Notes under the pieces: generated by a model
Databases searched by the model: none
Seen by the model: the letters and a program-made list of their open reading frames with translations, nothing else
What the model was told of the DNA's origin: nothing
Shown here: positions 13,101 through 25,180 of the stretch, one piece after another
Layout of the letters: each line of letters opens with the position of its first letter
Numbering within the stretch: position 1 is the first letter of the stretch
From: the human T2T-CHM13v2.0 reference genome, Homo sapiens
DNA: 64,000 nucleotides
NCBI RefSeq assembly: GCF_009914755.1
Contig: NC_060929.1
Direction: 5' to 3' (one strand)
Position numbers and translations under genes: made by a program

Positions 13101-15581
13101 TAAGACTGGTAAATTCTAATTAATAAAATCTTCACAATGATTTTTCAACAAATGAACATTTACTAAATACCTGTAAAATTGGGGTAGCCAGTATGACTTC
13201 TTAAATATTAAAGATCAACTGGCAAAGATATGAGAAAATGTGGGTGCTTTTTTTAATAATATGTATGCTTTAAATAAGTGCACAGAATCAGGCTTGCTAT
13301 TTTGCAGAGTTAATAGTTTTGTAGGAAAAAACAGTCACAAGAAATGCCCATTGAGGCAAATATTAAAACTCTTAACTGAAATTAAAAATGTTTTTAAGAC
13401 AAACTCCTTTCTGTGCATCTGCAGCTTTAACTCTTTGGTGAAAGTCAATTATGTGCAAGCATTAACTTTAAAGAAAACTTCTTCAGAGTGTCTGGTGCAT
13501 AAAGTGAAGTAAAGCTGCATGTTTTCCAGTCTGATGGCAGTAATGCAGGTCCTCTAGAAAGAAAGCAACGAACAAGTTTTCAAGTTTGCCTGCAGTGGCT
13601 GAGATGACTCACTCATGTCACAGGGGATAATTTCACTGCAACCATTGAGAATTTTGTTATTTTCTTTCTGGGAGAAGGAATAGATGGGTTTATTTTAAGT
13701 ACGGGGGCAAAGGGATTGTTAGTGGGAATTCTACACAAAACTACACAAGATGTGAGCTGGACAAGAATCATTCATATCTTAAGATAAGTTACTTCAAAAT
13801 ATGAGTATAATTACTCCTAAAATGTCACTTTGAGTTGCTTTATTTTTTATTTTTATTTTTTGCTTAGCTTTTTTTTTTTTCTTTGAAGGTAAAGGAAACA
13901 CTTAAAATAATGACTGGGGTTACTGGTATTTATACGCCAAGAGTTGTCCTACAATGCCTCTCTTCATCTTCAAATAAACAGATGACCATATGTAAAATAA
14001 CCATTATATAGTCTGAGTATTTTAAATCTGGCTTTTATGTTTGAAATGCATCTAATATCACCTACAAAGATCAGCGCTGCTATCCTCAAGCTCCTGCTTT
14101 GCTTGAGAGTCCACAAAAGACACAGAAAACTAGGCTGCATCCTGTGCACCTGCCTTCCTGTCAAGAAACTTACCTCAGGCTAATGCATGCAGAGGGACAG
14201 GTCAGATTGTGTGAAGGTTCTATGCAAACTGCCCAAGATCACTTGGGGCCCCACTGGCATCACTGAAAGGCATTGCTGGGTTTACGGTCTCCTGAATAGC
14301 TCCAACCTGTTGTTGAGAGTCAAGCCACGATGTAGAAAGAATCGCTGCACTTTCCCAGGGCTGCTCCGCAGTGTGAGTGGCCACTAGCTCTCTTTTCCTA
14401 TGACCCCAGTGCTGTTTGGGTTTGCTCTCCAGAAGAACAGGTAGATACATTTGCAGCTGGCGGGGGCACTGCTTTATTGCCTATTGTGGAATGCGTGCCA
14501 AATAAAAACCATCGTGATTTGAAATCGGCAATCTTATATGCTTTTCAGGTTACTCGGATGTTCAAACACACGTAACCAACCATCAATATGAGAAATTCTC
14601 CTTTAAGCTGTTAGTGTATTACAGCCTGTGACTTTTCAACTCGGGGAATGATACTCATTTCTCTATCTGTTCCATACAGAACAACTTTTTCTTTATTGCA
14701 TTTAGAATGGTGTAACTGAAAGGCAATAAGGAAAGGCAATATCATTGAGTGGTTCACATTACGCTGAATTTTATTGTAGTCTGGCATTGTGAGTGAACTT
14801 TTGGAATCCTTGAAAGCAGCATAAAGGCAGAGCCTGCTTCTAATGGACTGAAGAAAAATATTCTGACATAATGATAAGTGGGGTGACTTCTAGAAATCAT
14901 GACTTGAAACATTTCTGAACAAATGCTATTTCAGTTGTCCCAATGCACAGAGTGATATTGAAACAGCCTGCTATAGGCCAGAACCACTAATTTTTTTCCC
15001 TAAGGGCAGAACTTCATTTTTAAAGATATAGAATGATCCACAACTCTAAATTCCAGCTAAAATTTCTTTTCTTCCATTCTCCTCCAATTATTCTCCCAAG
15101 CTATTACATCAGAGGTATTAGAATTTAGGTGCTATGATCATATTTACTTTAATATGTTTATTTTCCAATTGTAAAATGGACACATAAGAGATTTTTATAA
15201 TTATCAAATGGCTAATTTTTAAACAATAAGTCTTTTTATTGTCTTCATTCTCTGCTTTTGAAATATATGGAGTTGCATATTCTTAAGTTTTGAATTGTTT
15301 TAGAGAACTAGTATAGATGTATTTTTCACCTCCTATGAGAATTTCAGGAGCAGTAATAAAGGGCAAACCAACACAGGGACATCTCCCTGCATATTATGGT
15401 TCAAATCAGAAACGAACACTTTTTAAATATGACTGAGAGTCACAGATTTTTACAGGATGTCAGGAAAACAACTTCCCCCTTTATTAATACAAACAGAAAC
15501 TATTTTTTCCTCTTTCCTCCCCTCTCTACCACTGTCATGTTCCTGTTCTACACTTTTCCCCAACTAACCTCTTCTGTTGTT

Positions 15582-15636
15582 GTGCCTGGCACATAGTAGG
15601 TGCAGAGTAAATATTTGTGTGTGTGAATGAATGAAG
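15582..15636 (+). mobile_element. L2 3' tail
   Basis: gtgcctggcacatagtaggtgc...taaatatttg...gaatgaatgaa. Confidence 0.75.
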
Positions 15637-17289
15637 GAAGGACGTTCAGGATACAAGAACTTCTTGGTTCACTTGAGTCAGCTGGCTGTTAGTAGTGTGT
15701 TCAGTGTATAAACTGGATACGTTGTTGACAACTTTTTTTGCTCTTTGTGTGCATAAGCTAAGAATAAACAGCACTGAAGGGAAGGGAGTGCTTCATTCAT
15801 CAGGGGATTACACCATCATAAACTTACCAAAGTGTACCACACAGAGCCAGTGATCACAGAAGACAGGCAACCCAGGCCCTGTCATTAAATATAGAAGCCT
15901 GTCTTCACTGTTTTTATCCAGACAGACTCTCTGTGTTTTGGAAATTTCCACCACACTTCCTTTTGAGTTGCTCGTTTTCTCAAGATCCCAAGACTATTGC
16001 TTTACAAAAGTAGACTTGGTCTGGGAATCGTAAAACGAAGGCTATACATTTCCTCATCCCCCGAAGAATATTCAGTGTTTCTTGCTGACTTTTATGTCCC
16101 TGTCTTTCATTTTGTTTTTGTTTTTTGGTTGAGATTTTTTGAGTCTGTCTTCTATGAAAGGTGGTTTCTTCTAAGTGAAAGTACTTAATAATAAGAGAGT
16201 GCTCAGTTTGCAGTCAAGACTGCAAGGTGACTAGACACTGACATTCTGTTGTGAGAGTTGAGCTCCATGACTAAACAGCTCCTCTTTCTCTAGACCAAAT
16301 AAAAGTCTTATCATCTCATGTATGTATCTTTAATCGGACACCAATCATACATGGAACATTAGGGAGAATAGGTAAAGTTATCTTTGGTTTGCCAGAAGTG
16401 TTTCACACTCAAAGGCTCAATACTTTCACCTGTGAATCATTTTGTGTGTGTATGTGAGAGGTAGGAATAATCAGGTGACATCTTTGTTTTGGGTTATTTA
16501 AAGGATACACCATTTAATCTTTCATACAGTACTGAAAATATTCGTAACAGTTTTCTAGTTTAAAGATACTTTAATATTTAATGCAGTATTTTAATTACAT
16601 TTTTAAAAATATGTTTTAAAAAGAAAATGTTTAAAAATATTTTTAAAATTTTATTCGATAGCTTTTAATATTACTAATAATGTACTAAAATAAGAAAATG
16701 GGTGAGAATGATGGTGAAGCCATAGCAAAGGCAGAGACATGTCCTTTCTGCAAAAGTGACAACAGGGTAAGCAGGCTATGAGGACTCAGCCCTCTGAACA
16801 ATCTTTGCATCCCTGAATGATCTCTAATGTTCATTAGGCTTGTGTTACAGATGCTTGTTTTCCTCTCTTTCCTGTAAGGCCTTGCAGTAATTTAAAGTAA
16901 CCAGAATATGTTTCCATTCCTTGTTACCTGAAAAAGTCAAACATACTCATGTTATACAGGTAAAATGGAATGGTACATTATGTGAAAATTATTTGTAAAC
17001 TGTCAAATTATGTTCAAATATGAGGTAAGATCTGAGAAGCTTAGGATATAAGTTAGTCTCAAAACTTAAATGCTTTTCAAGGGAAAATTTATTTGGTGAT
17101 TAACTAGAATTTTAGTTGCAATATGTAATCCTTGACTTTTTGAAGTAGCCTAGAGGTGGTCAGGACTTGTAGATTACAATAGTCCTTTACTTACTTGAAT
17201 ATTGATCTGGTAGTACTGAATACTGAATACTGACAATTTAAACTCTTTGGCAGAAAGTGCTCTTATAAAACTTCTAGAAAATTTATTAT

Positions 17290-17866
17290 TTTAAAAATTT
17301 TTATTATGTATTTATTGTGCACAACATGATGGGTGTGTTTGTTTGTTTGTTTGTTTTGAGACGGAGTCTTGCTCTGTCACCCAGGCTGAAGTGCAGTGGT
17401 GCCATCTCAGCTCACTGCAACCTCCACCACCTGGGTTCAAGCAATTCTCTGCCTCAGCCTCCCGAGTAGCTGGGATTACAGGTGCCTGCCACCACGTCAG
17501 GCTAATTTTTGTATTTTTAGTAGAGACGGAGTTTCACCATCTTGCCCAGGCTGGTCTTGAACTCTTTACCTTGTGATCCACCCGCCTCAGCCTCCCAAAG
17601 TGCTGGGATTACAGGCATGAGCCACCGTGCCCAGCCCACAACATGATGTTTTGAAGTATACATACACTGTGGGATAGTTAAGTCTAGCTAATTAACAAAT
17701 GTGTTACCTCACATAGTTATCATTTTTGTACTGAGAACACTTAACATTCACCATCTTCTCATTTTTAAATAATGTAATCTATCGTCATTAACTATAGTCA
17801 CCATGCTGTACAATAGATCTCTTGAACTTATTTCTCCTATCTAATTGTAATTATATATCCTTTCAT
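17290..17866 (-). mobile_element. L1MA (MA8/9-like) 3' end, interrupted by an Alu
   Basis: cacaacatgatgttttg, ttacctcacatagttatcatttttgt, ttaactatagtcaccatgctgtacaatagatctcttgaacttatt. Confidence 0.85.
17332..17636 (-). mobile_element. AluS (Sg-group) with (GTTT)n tail
   Basis: Full Alu body. 12-bp TSD cacaacatgatg at 17320-17331 and 17637-17648. Confidence 0.95.
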
Positions 17867-19727
17867 CCACAGTCATATTGATGATTATTTAGCATAAATT
17901 GTTAACAAAGATCTTTTTCTATTTTAGAACAGATTGGAAGAATGCGAAATGTTATTAGACACAGGCACAGCATAGCAGTAGAAACATCTTAACTGAGAAC
18001 TTGGAACTGAAAGAGAAAGCAACCAACTTAAAGGGCAGACAAGACACATGGTTATGTAACACAGCAGTGGGTATTCACAGTGATGACACAAGACAAAACA
18101 ATTACATTTTCATTCTAAAAGTAATTTTTAAGGAGGCAAGGGCATTTATAAAACATTTTAGAAACTATTTAATAAAAATGGTAAAATTAAAGTGTTTGTT
18201 TATGTACTCAACAAATATTTATTTGGAAAGTGCATGCCTGGGGGCACATCTCGTTAATGAGGTGATCCTGTGTTTAGAACTGAAGGCAGTCCTCATCCAT
18301 TCTCTCAAAAGGTGACCTTCTTTGTTCTTCTTATAGCCTCACCACATTTAATTTTCAGAGGTTTTGACATAAATTAAAAACATTCTTTGGTAGATTGTAT
18401 TGTATGAAAACAATCTTCAAAAGTGTAAGCATTGATATCTGGAATATCTGGGAAAATGTACAATAAAGACATCTCTTCTGGTCTTCCTCTGATGGTAATG
18501 TGTTCACTATTATACTGATGATGTAAGCTATGTATGTAAACCTATGCAGGTAAAATTCTGCTAAAGCCAATCCCACTACAAAACAACAACAACAACAAAC
18601 CCCAAGTGGCATCTGAAGAGCTTGGGAATTCCAGGAATGTGATAAAAATGTTTTTAATAATACACGGAAAAATAATTTAGTGTGTAAATAATATTTTATA
18701 GTAAATGCTTCATTTTATTCCTTCCATATAACAACTGTCTTCTGTAATGAAAATACTTACTTGTTTGTTTAGTGTCTAAAGGTTGAGAAGGGAACTAGAA
18801 TTGGCCTAAGGAGGCCCTCAGCCACCCATCATGTGACAGTATGGCCAGGAGGACTTACTCTCTGCTCTCCTCCTCTTGACATGCCTCAAACACACCAATC
18901 ATTTGCACTTGGGAAATCAACCCTCACTAGCAAATTACTCCTGCCAACAAAATAACCCAATCAGCATGCAAAACTGGTAGCGAGCTGGGAGAGGGCGATG
19001 AGAGTGGTGTTCACATGGCTCCCTCTGTTTCCCTTTCCCCAGGTCTGGGCACACACTGTCAGTCAGTGGCCCCTGACTCAGAAAGAGGTTTGATTTAAAC
19101 CATTTCATTTTCTGCTCTCAGACTGGGAATTTATTTAATATGAATGTCATCATTATAACAAAACTCAACTGTATTCTAGCAAAAATTTGGCTGATCTATG
19201 AAGAATATTGGAAGGAGAATCTGTGAACCCAAAAATACTAGACCACTGCTTATTCAGTTCTGCAATTTTGTCACTTTAATGGACTCTTCAGAGTGCCAAA
19301 TCACTAGTCCTACTGACTATACAAAAATTGGCCATCAACATGCCTGCCTCCAACAAATTGTTGCTGTTACTTCATGTTATCCACTTTGGGCTTAGAGACT
19401 GAAGGCCAAAAAGCATCCAATTTTTATGGTAAAAAAGTGCATCAGGAGGGCAACTACATACAAAGTTACCCTCCCAGTTTGACCCTGTCCTTAAGTTTTT
19501 ATTGCCTGAACTGGCACCAAAGAAACTCCTTGAAAATAACACATTCCTTGTCCATTCAGTGGTTAATGATGCTTAAAAAAAATCACAGTTTGTGACTGTG
19601 ACCTAAATTATGCCAGAAGCTGTAAAACCATGGTTTCTTTAAATTCAAATATGACCCACATGCTTTAAAACCACTACACTGACCCTATAGTACTGTTGCT
19701 GAGTGTGCGTGTCCTCACATAAACACA

Positions 19728-19728
<1 letters not shown>

Positions 19729-19760
<32 letters not shown>
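19729..19760. repeat. (AC)16 microsatellite
   Basis: Read directly. Confidence 0.97.
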
Positions 19761-19762
<2 letters not shown>

Positions 19763-21989
19763 CCCACTTGGCATTAAATGACTCGATAAAAGAAATGGTA
19801 TTTTTCAGACTTCCATGTTAAAAAAAAGGCTCATGAAAGAGATGTAAGTGAGCTTTAAGCCAAACATTTGTTTGGCTTTGCTGCAGCAGGCTGCAGGAAT
19901 GTAAACTTTTTTTTTTTTTTTTCAATGACTTCAGCTCCTAATTTGAAAGCTAGGATTTTTAGGAGTGAGCAAGAGACTATATTTGGCCAAAAAATTCTGC
20001 TGGCTTTACTTAGCCAATCTGCACATTCAAAACAATACTTCTTTATCAAAAAAACAATAGTCTGTTTTATTCACAGCACATGTAGAAGTTGGAACATCGA
20101 CTAAATTCCACTTTCTTCTCTTGCAGTGTGTCTGTAACCAGCTAATGAGCTGCAACAGAGCCTGGCCTTCATTTTCAGCAAATTAAGTTCATCCCTCATA
20201 GGAATTGTGGTCTGGCTGTGGCACCGCTCCTAGGTATGGGTGGGATTTGTTTCTTCTAGCAGTTGTAGGTTAGCCACATGGGTACGTGCTGTCGCACCAC
20301 ACAACAAAATTTTCTCTATAATAACCAGTCTAAGTAGGCTTTTACCCCACAAAAGTAGATCCCATTTAATTTACTTTGTGTTTATAGCACTCCCTCTCAA
20401 ACCGCACCATTGGCACAGACTAATATTTATACAACTTTTTATTTTAAACTATTTATTTGGAGTTGAGACTTCAGTAGCACTCCCTGTCAGATTCATTGAA
20501 CAAGCTTAAATTCAGGATACTGAAAATGTAAATTGGGAAGAGGGATGTATGTTCTTGGGATTCTTTTCTCCCGTGCATGGACACCCAAACAACTCTCACT
20601 GTAGTAAAGGGAGGTTACACATGTGTTGATAACATTTGTATTACTGCTGGTAGGAAATTGAACATTGATGGGTGGTTTTAAAAGCCTGCTTTTGCCTATT
20701 GTGTTTCCACATTTCTTTGCCAATATAGTTGGTCAAATTAGTTATGCAAAATGCATCTAAAAACTTCTAATCCAAAAGTGTCAATGTTGTTAAAGATTTC
20801 TTTTCATACACAAAGAAATATTACATTGCTCCATTATTTTAATGGAAGTCGTTAGTCAAATACGCTTTTGCCACAGAAAGAAAAGGGAAAAAATTCTTAA
20901 TTTTGTATCTGACCTCTGCTTTGGGGCCTTACTTTAAGTTACATTTTTCTTAAATAAAGCTTTTCTGTTTTTTAAAGTGAATGACGGGATGTTAACTTTA
21001 AATAGACATTTAACCACATAAAGTATAGTGGCAGATGGTTCATTTTTCTACTCAGGGTAGACACTTTATTCAGGTAATGATATTTAATCCTCATTTTCTA
21101 TGAAATCTGCATGTTGTTCTTAAATCTGATACTATTTTGTGATTTAAAATGAGTGTTGGGTTAACTTTGTTTACAAGTGAAGTATTTATCCCTTTGATTC
21201 TCTTTTACTTTCTTCTTTTGGTAAACACCTATCCGTTTCTAAGACCCACTTATATGTTATCTCATCAAGGAAAATTTTCCCATCCTCCCAAAGGAGAACA
21301 GAACTCCACTGTAGTGGAATAAGTTTTTTGAGGTATGAACCAATGCTTCTGTCCTCCTAATATTCTTACAACCTCTAACCCGCCTCTGCATTCAGGAAAC
21401 CAGAATACATTAGGGAGGAGACAGCAAAGGAAAACAAAAGACAATAAAGGAATCGATGTATTTGTTTTGTAACTCAAAGTTAAAGTCCAAATTTAGAAAA
21501 TAGATTTGAAAGCATAACGGGTCAATTTCTGTTGTGCCTCTGAAGAAGAAAGTTGAGAAAGAACGAAGAGGGCTTAGATGCTGGTGGGTGTCTGCAAAAA
21601 AGCCCAGACAATGCCTGGAATAATAAAGAAGCAGAGAACTTCCAGGGAGGAAGGGAACAGTCTCTAAGATGGAGCAGGACCTGGGGAAGTCTTGCTTCTC
21701 CACTGAAGAACATGGACCAAGACCAGGGCAGAAGGGATGGCAGCTTCCCCGTAGAGCAGTGAGGACGGATGACGACATGAAGACTGGACTGCTCATTCTC
21801 ACCTTCCCTTCACAGTCCCTGGCACTTTTTAAGCTCCTTGGAAATTAGAGGCAATCTAGGAGAAAGGGGGATAGAAGCAGACCTTATTTCTGTTACAATG
21901 TGAATGGGAGCTTCAAATTGAAGATAAAATGTTATGGAAAAAGTGAAATTATATATATATTTTGCACATCGTAGCTTGGTGGCTTTAGG

Positions 21990-22104
21990 TTTCTGTGCAT
22001 CAAAGGAAGGAATTGTGTCTTCCTCATTGTCATACTCTGGTATTGGAGATTGTGCAACATATATAGTAGGTATGCAATAAACAGCTGTTAACAGAATGAA
22101 TCAA
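21990..22104 (+). mobile_element. L2 3' tail fragment
   Basis: ggaaggaattgtgtcttcctca...atagtaggtatgcaataaacagctgtt...gaatgaatc. Confidence 0.6.
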
Positions 22105-22964
22105 TACTTTGTAGAGTATTGCCAACCACTCCAGAGCTTTGATCTGGCTTCTCTGTTGGGTCAGGAAAAAAAAGAAAAAAGGAGTCCTGCTTTATTTGTG
22201 CCTGTTGCATGCCAGCTTGGCCTGTTTACTCCTGTGGTTTCCCGCATTCCAAAGCAATGCAACGTTGCTTGAAGTTACACTTGAGCATTTTCTAGAGCAT
22301 TTCTTCTGTCCATCCTACTTGCAGTGACTCCACTTCAGTTCCTTGTATGCCAGCTGCTGTGATAGCTTGCTGTCACTAAACATCTACATGTGTCCACCCC
22401 AGAGGAATTAAGTGGGACCACATTAATGCTAGGGAGCTGGCGGTCTTCCAAAACTGCACTCTGGGTCATTCTGTCTTGTGCTTTGGTAAAGTCTTTTCCC
22501 CCATCGCCTTCCAGTGGGGAGAGGGATAGGGTACAGCCTACAAAACAGAAACAGAATGCCCAGTGTGCGGGTGGAATACTTCCTCTTTCCTTCGTGAGTA
22601 GAGGAGACCGATTCAGAGGATGTTCCACTTATTCATTCCCTTCTAGTGTAATTTTTGCTCAATATTTTCTCTTTCTGTCACCTATAAACCAGAGGGGATA
22701 TCCACTGGTATACTGCGTTGTGTGGAACGAGGGGGACTGTTCTGTTTCCTCCTTCAGCTCTTGTGAAGGCACTTGCCATTTCCCTGATGCACCATTTAGA
22801 CATCAGTGTCCACATCTTGTAAGTCAAACTTGTGTCATCCAAAAGGTTCTCATACACATTCAAATGTTAATAAATGCCAATATCTTGTTCATGACCTTAC
22901 ACATAAATCTGAAATATGTAAGAAAGTGTAAACTACCCTCCTTTTTACCTCCACTCTTCTCTCA

Positions 22965-23255
22965 TATATCAGTTCATATACTGCTTGTTGCAAGTAGCAG
23001 AAAACCCAATTCAAACTGACTTAACGGGCATGTAGGGGCCTCATAACTGGAAGGTGGTGTGGTGTAGGTGGCTCTGTTGTGTCAAGAAAACATGGTTGTT
23101 TTCTGTCTCTCCACTCTGACATCCAGGGCCTCCTTCACAGTCGCAAGATGACTTCCAGCAGCTGGCACAAGGATTACCTGTTTCTTTTTGTTCATATCCT
23201 ATAGACACATGGTAACTACTAAGGGACCTTCTTTCTCAGAGCCCTCTGGAAATAT
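22965..23255 (-). mobile_element. MLT1 (J/K/L-like) MaLR LTR fragment, probably continuing after the Alu to about 23720
   Basis: tcagtt...gttgcaagtagcagaaaacccaattcaaactgacttaa is the reverse-complement MLT1 terminus; also gcaagatgacttccagcagct. Confidence 0.65.
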
Positions 23256-23306
23256 GTATATATATACTTATATATATATATTTTAATATATTATATATAA
23301 TATATA

Positions 23307-23347
<41 letters not shown>

Positions 23348-23362
23348 CTACACATATATATG
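23256..23362. repeat. Compound (TA)n/(TG)18 microsatellite in an Alu tail
   Basis: (TG) run at 23309-23345, between the TSD tggaaatat and the Alu body. Confidence 0.95.
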
Positions 23363-23649
23363 TTTTTTTGAGACAGTCTTGCTGTGTTGCCCAGGCTGGA
23401 CTGCAGTGGCACCATCTCGGCTCACTGCAACCTGTGTCTCCTGAGTTCAAAGGATTCTCTTGCCTCTGACTCCTTAGTGGCTGTGATTATAGGCACGTGC
23501 CACCACGCCTGGCATATTTTTGTATTTTTATTACAGGCTCAGTTTCGTCATGTTCCTCAGCTGGTCTCGAAGTCCTAGCCTCAAGCGATCCACCTGCCTT
23601 GGCCCCCCAAAAGTGCTAGGATTACAGGTGTGAACCACCATGCCTGGCC
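23363..23649 (-). mobile_element. AluJ (Jb-like)
   Basis: Diverged Alu with cctcaagcgatcc. TSD tggaaatat at 23247-23255 and 23650-23658. Confidence 0.92.
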
Positions 23650-23842
23650 TGGAAATATATGCTTAAATCTTACCTGCCCAATTTTGAAACACATGTTATA
23701 CACATGCAATGAGTCACTCTTCTCCTTCTTTATCATTTATCACTTCTACTATCTCTTTGGGTAGTAGATAAAAGGGAATGAGGACACTATAACATATCAA
23801 AATGGGCCTGAATGAGACTGCAATGAAGAATATACCTCCAGT

Positions 23843-23877
23843 TTGCACTCCAGCCCAGGTGACAGTGTGAGACTCAA

Positions 23878-23908
<31 letters not shown>
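23843..23908 (+). mobile_element. Severely 5'-truncated Alu (last ~38 nt) with a (CT)n(AT)n tail
   Basis: ttgcactccagcccaggtgacagtgtgagactcaatctc. TSD atatacctccagt (23830-23842) / atatacttccagt (23909-23921). Confidence 0.8.
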
Positions 23909-23913
<5 letters not shown>

Positions 23914-24005
23914 CTTCCAGTGACACGGACTTCAGCTGCTTGCAATTAATCACTCTCAATCAATCAATTGACGCCGATTGGGCTGTGAAAATAGTTGAGT
24001 GAAGC

Positions 24006-24092
24006 TGTGTTCAAGCTCCGACCTTACTGTTTACCAGATGTGTAATCCTGGTCAATTCATCTACCCTTTCAGAAACCTAGTTTTCTTATTAA
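24006..24092 (+). mobile_element. MIR fragment
   Basis: gttcaagctcc...ttaccagatgtgtaatcctggtcaa...cctagttttcttat. Confidence 0.55.
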
Positions 24093-24769
24093 GATCAAAC
24101 AAGATATTTGCAAAACCACACCAATAACTTCTGCATTCTCCAAAGGCCAGGCATTATTATTATTGCTTTTTCAAATGAAATCAGAAGATTGATCTTCATT
24201 AGGAGTTACTTTCAGATCTACATTTATAGATTTTACAGTGTATCAGTCATTAATTTTCTTAAATATCATGCTAAGAAAATTATTTGTGAAATATTTTTTA
24301 TTTATAGATGTTATAGTATTACTAATACATGAACCTTAAAAAATAATTAGAATTCTCAGCACATCCTAAGAAAAACTTTTTATTCCATAACTAATTTCTA
24401 ATTTTTGAAACACGGATGTTAAGTGTAAAGTTAATTGTTTTACAGTTTTGAGTTAATGAACATGAAAAACAATACCTCCCTTTCCATTTGAACTGCCTTA
24501 AAACTCAGAGTTGAATTCAGACCTTAGCTGGGGAAAGTTCTATTTTAGATTCTTCTAATAGCTATCTCTTTGCTTTGTTTTATTCATCTTTATTCTCATT
24601 TACTTTCAACTGATTCATGCTATCTACGTATTTCAACATTCTGAGTAGCTTCATATTCTTTATGGAAATTACAAAAAGGAAAAAGAAAGATATGAAGGGA
24701 GGGAAAAAAGACAGGAGAAAGGAAAGAGTAGAGAGGGTGTTGGAGAAGGAATGACAAACTCTGAGCCAA

Positions 24770-25180
24770 GCAGTGGCTTGCAAACAAGAAGGAATCGATT
24801 GGAGACGGTTGGTGAGAAGGCACTTACAGGTGCCAAAGAGAGAAGAAATAAGATCTGGACTGAAGGTCATGACAGTGAGAAAGGAGATCAGGGGATAAGC
24901 TTAAGAACTTTTTCAGGTGAACAACAAAGAAGACTTGGAAACTCAGTGATCAGGGATTGGAAATGATGGTGATGGAAAGTGGAATATCATTGATGCTGAA
25001 CATTCAAACCTCACTGATGTCAGAAAAGGTATGAAGATGGGGTGGAGCAGGGGACAGAGATAAAAGTGCCAGACATAGTGCTAGCCAATTTACAGAAAGC
25101 GCTTAACTTTACATGAATAGTCTTATTTAATTCCCCAAATAACCATTTGAGATATTAGTATTCCTCTTTGCAGATGAGTA
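24770..25180 (-). mobile_element. L2 fragment followed by a MIR fragment
   Basis: Purine-rich L2-antisense text (gaaggcacttacagg...ctggactgaagg...gaagacttgg), then gtgccagacatagtgctag...tttgcagatgagtaaa. Confidence 0.55.

Noticed and set aside
14440-14475. Possible CTCF site gctggcgggggcac
   Set aside because: Poor fit to the CCASYAGRKGGC core; not supportable without a motif score or ChIP data.
16206-16223. 8-bp hairpin ttgcagtc-aa-gactgcaa
   Set aside because: Short enough to occur by chance in 64 kb.
17343-17576. Alu-derived ORFs (also near 23384, 38932, 42514, 47570, 50595, 54620)
   Set aside because: Typical translations of Alu sequence, not genes.
17928-18050. Possible exon after tctttttctattttag
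   Set aside because: No convincing donor site.
21270-21950. LTR-like GC-richer block with overlapping ORFs (similar blocks near 25650-26300, 44640-45560, 61030-61470)
   Set aside because: Probably ancient LTR relics, but I cannot identify a family or termini, and the ORFs lack recognisable domains.
22390-23019. Longest ORF (209 aa)
   Set aside because: GTG start, no homology-like features or splice context, and it runs into an MLT1 LTR.
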